Assembly: GCA_964437705.1 (NCBI GenBank)
Contig: CAYTHX010000001.1
Location: 18,698-82,697 of the forward strand
Source: an uncultured Nitrososphaeria archaeon
Lineage (GTDB): Archaea; Thermoproteota; Nitrososphaeria; Geothermarchaeales; JDFR-13
DNA: 64,000 nucleotides
Reading direction: 5' to 3'
Position numbers and translations under genes: made by a program
Shown here: positions 59,736 to 64,000 of the stretch, piece by piece
Layout: each line of letters starts with the position of its first letter
How positions within the stretch are numbered: the first letter of the stretch is position 1
The notes under the pieces: generated by a model
The model's database searches: none
Told to the model about the DNA's origin: nothing
What the model saw: only the letters and a program-made list of their open reading frames with translations

Positions 59736-61229
59736 CTATCTTCTTAAATTGTCTGCTACAAAGTTGATAGCATTGCCTACTAATTCGATCACCCCACCTA
59801 CCTTTACGTCCATATCATAGTGGATAAAATACTCATCATATGCAGATTTATCTATTGCACATATTAGTGCTAGATAATTTGCTCCAGTAGCTTTAATAGC
59901 ATCAATTTTTGGCTTAATAGCTTTTAACCTAAGTCTTAGAGTTTCTCCTGTTAGTAATCCACCACCAGCACCACAACATAAAGTTTTCTCCCTATTTACG
60001 TTTGGATCCATCTCTACGTAATTATTACAAACCTGCCTAATAACATATCTTGGTTCCTCAATTAAACCCATGACACGTGCAGGATTACATGAATCACTAA
60101 ATGTAACAACATACTTATCGTTTTTACTTTTATCAACGTCTAATCTCTTATGTTTAAAGAGATCAGCAACAAACTCCATAATATGGACAACTTTTGTTGC
60201 TGCTGCATTCTCAAATACCGTACCTGTAAATGGTGATTGTGGAACTTCTAATTTTTCAGCTAAATCTCCATTCATAGTAGCCATGAATGCTTGAACAACT
60301 CGATACATATGTCCACATTCACCACCCAATATCCATTTTACACCTAGCCTAACAGCTTCCTCATAAACCTTTCTATTAATTTTCTTCATATGCTCATAGT
60401 TCAGCCATGTACCGAAGTTTCCTCCTTCACTAGCCTTAGTACTTAAAGTATAGTCTAAACCAATATGATGAAAGAATTTGATAGCACCCTTAAATGTTTC
60501 CCAATGAGGACCTCCAGGTCTAAAGTCTGCTGAAGGTGGAACATATAAAACTTCAGCACCCTTCTTATTAATCGGTACCTTAACCTTTACACCAGTTTCC
60601 TCCTCAATTTCTTCCTCAAGTAGACTTACAGCATTTAATAATCCCCTGGGGGTCATACCTATGTGATTTCCAGTAACTTCACAATTAGCAATTGATACAG
60701 TTAATGAAGCAGGAGTTAAACCAATTGCTGATAATACTTCTCTAGAAGCCATTGTTATATCTGCATTATCTACACCATATGGACAAAAAACAGCACATCT
60801 TCTACACATAGAACATTGATAAGCATATATGTATAGTGTCCTAATATAATCTTCATTCAACTCGACATCCTTCCCACTAAGTTTATCAGCTAATCTACCC
60901 CACTTAGTAAAGTACTTTCTGTAGATATTTCTGAGTAAGTCTGATCTCTTTACAGGCATGTTATTAGGATCTAGTGTAGCGAGGAAATAATGGCATTTAT
61001 CCGCACATGCGCCACAATGAACACAGATATCCAAGTAAAGTCTAACGGACCTCCATCTCTTTAAGACCTTTGCAAGTTCCTTTAAAAATATCTCTTTCCA
61101 GTTAGGTGGTAAGTTTAAGTTTTGTAAATCCCACTCTCTAGGATATGGTAGATTAAGTGTTTGAGCAGTTTTTAGTAATGTTGGTTTTAATGCATACTCT
61201 TTACCTGGATGACTAAAATCTAACTTCAT
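59736..61229 (-). CDS. dsrK: DsrK (HmeD)-like Fe-S disulfide reductase subunit
   Basis: CVHCGACADKCH, YQCSMCRRC..FCPYG, SEGGNFG, GECGH, DSCN..R, CCGAGGG, CAID. Confidence 0.88.
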   Translation of the reverse strand: MKLDFSHPGKEYALKPTLLKTAQTLNLPYPREWDLQNLNLPPNWKEIFLKELAKVLKRWRSVRLYLDICVHCGACADKCHYFLATLDPNNMPVKRSDLLRNIYRKYFTKWGRLADKLSGKDVELNEDYIRTLYIYAYQCSMCRRCAVFCPYGVDNADITMASREVLSAIGLTPASLTVSIANCEVTGNHIGMTPRGLLNAVSLLEEEIEEETGVKVKVPINKKGAEVLYVPPSADFRPGGPHWETFKGAIKFFHHIGLDYTLSTKASEGGNFGTWLNYEHMKKINRKVYEEAVRLGVKWILGGECGHMYRVVQAFMATMNGDLAEKLEVPQSPFTGTVFENAAATKVVHIMEFVADLFKHKRLDVDKSKNDKYVVTFSDSCNPARVMGLIEEPRYVIRQVCNNYVEMDPNVNREKTLCCGAGGGLLTGETLRLRLKAIKPKIDAIKATGANYLALICAIDKSAYDEYFIHYDMDVKVGGVIELVGNAINFVADNLRR

Positions 61230-61348
61230 TAAACACCCCTATAACGATAATCTAAGTAGAAGAAGAAATAAATTTGGGATATATATAATTTATTGGTTGG
61301 TCCCTTAGATATTGACTTTTAAGTAAAAAGTGATGGAGGGAGAACGTT

Positions 61349-61684
61349 TTAACAGCCAGCAGCTGCTGCCTTTGGTAAACCAGCTAATTTAATAGCGTCT
61401 TCAGCAGGTCCCCTTGGGAATAACTCATAGAATCTTTCATTTGAAATCTTACATTTCTTTAGTATCATTGCATATGGTGGCCCAATATTAAACTTAGAGA
61501 AGTAGTCTCTCATATAATATAGTACCTTTAAGTATTCATCTTTATATTGCCTAAACTTCTCCCCAAGACCTATTCTCTCAGCTATGAATTCAGCTATCTC
61601 TTCATCCCATACTGTAGGATCTTCTAAATATCCATCTTCATCAAATGGTAACTTTTTACCACGGAATTCTATAATTTCAGTCAT
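61349..61684 (-). CDS. DsrC/TusE-family sulfur carrier with a single C-terminal Cys
   Basis: DEDGYL.D...W.EE.A, YELFP.GP...A.K.AGLPK; ends AAAAGC. Confidence 0.9.
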   Translation of the reverse strand: MTEIIEFRGKKLPFDEDGYLEDPTVWDEEIAEFIAERIGLGEKFRQYKDEYLKVLYYMRDYFSKFNIGPPYAMILKKCKISNERFYELFPRGPAEDAIKLAGLPKAAAAGC

Positions 61685-61833
61685 AATTTATTCCCTCCAT
61701 TGATGATAATAGAAAAATAGCCTAATATATATATTTTTATCCATATTACAATTACGAGAATATACGCTTCTCCCCATAATATTTATATTAACATGAAGTA
61801 TTACAGAGTTTATAGTTTTAGAATAAAGACTAG

Positions 61834-61860
61834 TTAAGTATATTAAGTATATTAAGTATA
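61834..61860. repeat. tandem repeat (TTAAGTATA)x3
   Basis: Three exact 9-mers in the intergenic region between the dsrC-like gene and the ABC ATPases. Confidence 0.8.
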
Positions 61861-62045
61861 GATTACTCATATTTCTACATTATTTTCCTACGAAGAATAT
61901 AAACATCATATCTGGAAAATAATTTAGTCATTTATGTTAACATTCTGTTAATACTAGTTGATATATAATTGATAATGGTTAATAGGAAAAACAAACATTT
62001 TAATAACAAAATAATATTTAAAATAACTGAATGATTTAATATTTT

Positions 62046-62732
62046 ATGATGACTATACTTAAGACAGTTGAGTTAACTAAGAAGTTTGGTGAGCTAGAGG
62101 CAGTTAAAGATGTTAGCTTTGAGGTTGATAAAGGAGAGAGTGTGGGTATTATAGGTCCGAATGGAGCAGGTAAAACAACATTATTCAATGTAATAACTGG
62201 ATTTCTAAAACCCACCTCCGGTAAAGTAATTTATGATAATAAAGATGTTACTGGAATGAAGCCTCATAAGTTAGCTAGGTTAGGAATGATTAGAACTTTC
62301 CAGATACTTAAGGTCTTTAAGAACCTTTCTGTTTATGATAATATTCATGTAATTAGTGATAATGTTGATGAAATTCTAAAGGAGTTAGGTCTTTGGGAAA
62401 AAAGAGATTACTTAGCTGGTGATTTACCTCCAGGAGAGATGCGGATGTTGAATATCGGTATGGCACTTGCAACTAACCCAAAGCTGTTACTACTTGATGA
62501 GCCATTTTCAGGTTTAACTTTTAAGGAATCTACAGAGTTAAGTAGAGTTCTTGATAGAGTTAAGGAGATGGGTGTTACTATGGTGATTATAGAGCATAGG
62601 CTTAAGGAGTTATTTACTCAGGTTGATAGGGTTATTGTTTTGAATGCTGGTAGAATTATAAGTACCGGTACTCCTGAGGAAGTAGTTCAAGATGTTAGAG
62701 TTATCGAGGCTTATTTGGGTGTTGAAAAATGA
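62046..62732 (+). CDS. branched-chain-type ABC ATPase (LivG-like)
   Basis: GPNGAGKTT, RTFQ, LLLDEP, IEH, AYLG. Confidence 0.92.
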   Translation: MMTILKTVELTKKFGELEAVKDVSFEVDKGESVGIIGPNGAGKTTLFNVITGFLKPTSGKVIYDNKDVTGMKPHKLARLGMIRTFQILKVFKNLSVYDNIHVISDNVDEILKELGLWEKRDYLAGDLPPGEMRMLNIGMALATNPKLLLLDEPFSGLTFKESTELSRVLDRVKEMGVTMVIIEHRLKELFTQVDRVIVLNAGRIISTGTPEEVVQDVRVIEAYLGVEK

Positions 62733-63421
62733 GAATTCTAGAAGTTAGTAATTTAAAAGCGTATTATGGGAAAGCGCTAATTTTAAGGGGAATAAATTTA
62801 CATGTTGATAAAGGAGAGACTGTAGCGATTATAGGTCCGAATGGAGCAGGTAAAACAACATTATTTAGATCGATAATGGGTCTTGTTAAGACTGATGGTA
62901 CAATAAAGTTCATAGGTAGAGATATTACAAAGCTAAAGCCTTATGAGAGGAGTAGATTAGGAATTGCTGTATGTCCAGAGGGACGAAGACTATTTCCAGA
63001 CATGACTGTTGAGGATAATTTGAGAATAGCTGCTCGAGGTGGAGATATCGAAAAAAGACTTGAGGAAATATACGATCTTTTCCCTGAAATTGAAAGAAGA
63101 AGAAAACATTTAGCTAAGCATACTAGTGGTGGAGAGCAGCAGATGATTGCGATAGGTAGAGCGTTGATGGCGAGACCAAAGTTCTTAATGTTAGATGAGC
63201 CTTCAATGGGTTTAGCGCCGATCGTGTTACTTAGGCTTAGAAATGCCTTACAGAGAATTAAGGAGAGTATGGGTATAGAGATGCTCTTAATCGAACAAAA
63301 TGTAAAATTAGCTTTCGAACTCGCAGATAGGGTATATGTGATGGTTAAAGGGCAGATAACTAGGGAGGGAGATGTGGAGTCTATAAGAGAAGTAGAGAAA
63401 GAGTATTTCGAGCAAATTTAA
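62729..63421 (+). CDS. branched-chain-type ABC ATPase (LivF-like)
   Basis: PEGRRLF, SGGEQQM.AIGRALM, LDEPSMGLAP, EQN. Confidence 0.92.
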   Translation: MRILEVSNLKAYYGKALILRGINLHVDKGETVAIIGPNGAGKTTLFRSIMGLVKTDGTIKFIGRDITKLKPYERSRLGIAVCPEGRRLFPDMTVEDNLRIAARGGDIEKRLEEIYDLFPEIERRRKHLAKHTSGGEQQMIAIGRALMARPKFLMLDEPSMGLAPIVLLRLRNALQRIKESMGIEMLLIEQNVKLAFELADRVYVMVKGQITREGDVESIREVEKEYFEQI

Positions 63422-64000
63422 GTGCGTTTAGCTACAATTTTTGTTACAATTACAGATTTATATAAATCCTTTAGTTTCATCCAAATTCCTTCAGGGAAGA
63501 GTATAGCTAGAATTATCAGGATCATGTATAGGATGATATCGTCATTAATTGGTATGTATAGATAGGTTAACATTGGTACGAGTGCTTTTAACCACCAATG
63601 CTTAAGTAAATATACAATAATTGCTCCTATGACCGGTCCTATAAGCGTTCCTTGCCCACCTATAACTACAGATAAAATAATTAGTAGCATTAACGGTATA
63701 TCGAATAGGTCAGGGCAGGCAATAAGCCTATAGTGTACTATTGCTGCACCAGCTACTCCGGCAAAAAAGGAACTTATTGCAAAGGATATTACTTTATATA
63801 TTGTTGTGTCGATTCCTATAGATTCTGCAAGGTCTATATCATCTCTTATAGCCATAAATCTTAATCCAAGTTTACTATTAATTATAATTTGTAGAATAAT
63901 AACGGATATAGCCATAAGTATAAGGGAAAGGTAATATTTTTCTATTGTTGTAGGTGCTAATGCATTTTCAAAGCCTATTGAAAATCCTTCCTCACCACCA
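63418..64000 (-). CDS. branched-chain-type ABC permease (LivM-like), 5' part outside the window
   Basis: GGEEG upstream, S.LG..F.AIRDD...A.S.GI, VIGG.GT..GP.IGA. Confidence 0.9.
   Translation of the reverse strand, partial: GGEEGFSIGFENALAPTTIEKYYLSLILMAISVIILQIIINSKLGLRFMAIRDDIDLAESIGIDTTIYKVISFAISSFFAGVAGAAIVHYRLIACPDLFDIPLMLLIILSVVIGGQGTLIGPVIGAIIVYLLKHWWLKALVPMLTYLYIPINDDIILYMILIILAILFPEGIWMKLKDLYKSVIVTKIVAKRT

Noticed and set aside
61688-61870. 60-aa ORF upstream of the dsrC-like gene
   Set aside because: Low-complexity AT-rich promoter DNA that includes the tandem repeat and the dsrC RBS; no coding signal.

Overview
AT-rich archaeal chromosomal segment, most likely from Thermoproteota. 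Supporting signs are a PaREP1 gene, a GAATCTC...ATTGAAAG-type CRISPR repeat, box C/D guide RNAs and GGTGA/GGAGG ribosome-binding sites. The left half is housekeeping and accessory: a UbiD decarboxylase, a 1492-aa surface glycoside-hydrolase-like protein, transporters, VapBC and HEPN-MNT toxin-antitoxin loci, several pseudogenes, two divergent box C/D sRNAs, an uncharacterised four-gene operon (Tat-signal SagB-type flavoprotein, two membrane proteins, EspG-like/zinc-ribbon protein), a DNA-repair cluster with a NEIL3-like Val2 Nei glycosylase, and an orphan 4-spacer CRISPR array. The right part (44.5-64 kb) is a redox island: MoeA/MobB, a B12 radical SAM enzyme, a TorD chaperone, a pyrogallol-transhydroxylase/resorcinol-hydroxylase-like Mo enzyme (two subunits), a Rieske/cytochrome b pair with an altered heme ligand, a CGGC protein, two DsrM-like and two DsrK-like proteins, a one-site DsrC/TusE protein, and branched-chain-type ABC components. 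No dsrAB is present in the window. This island and the 19-24 kb operon are the best candidates for undescribed systems. All family calls come from motif recognition by eye; no database searches were run.
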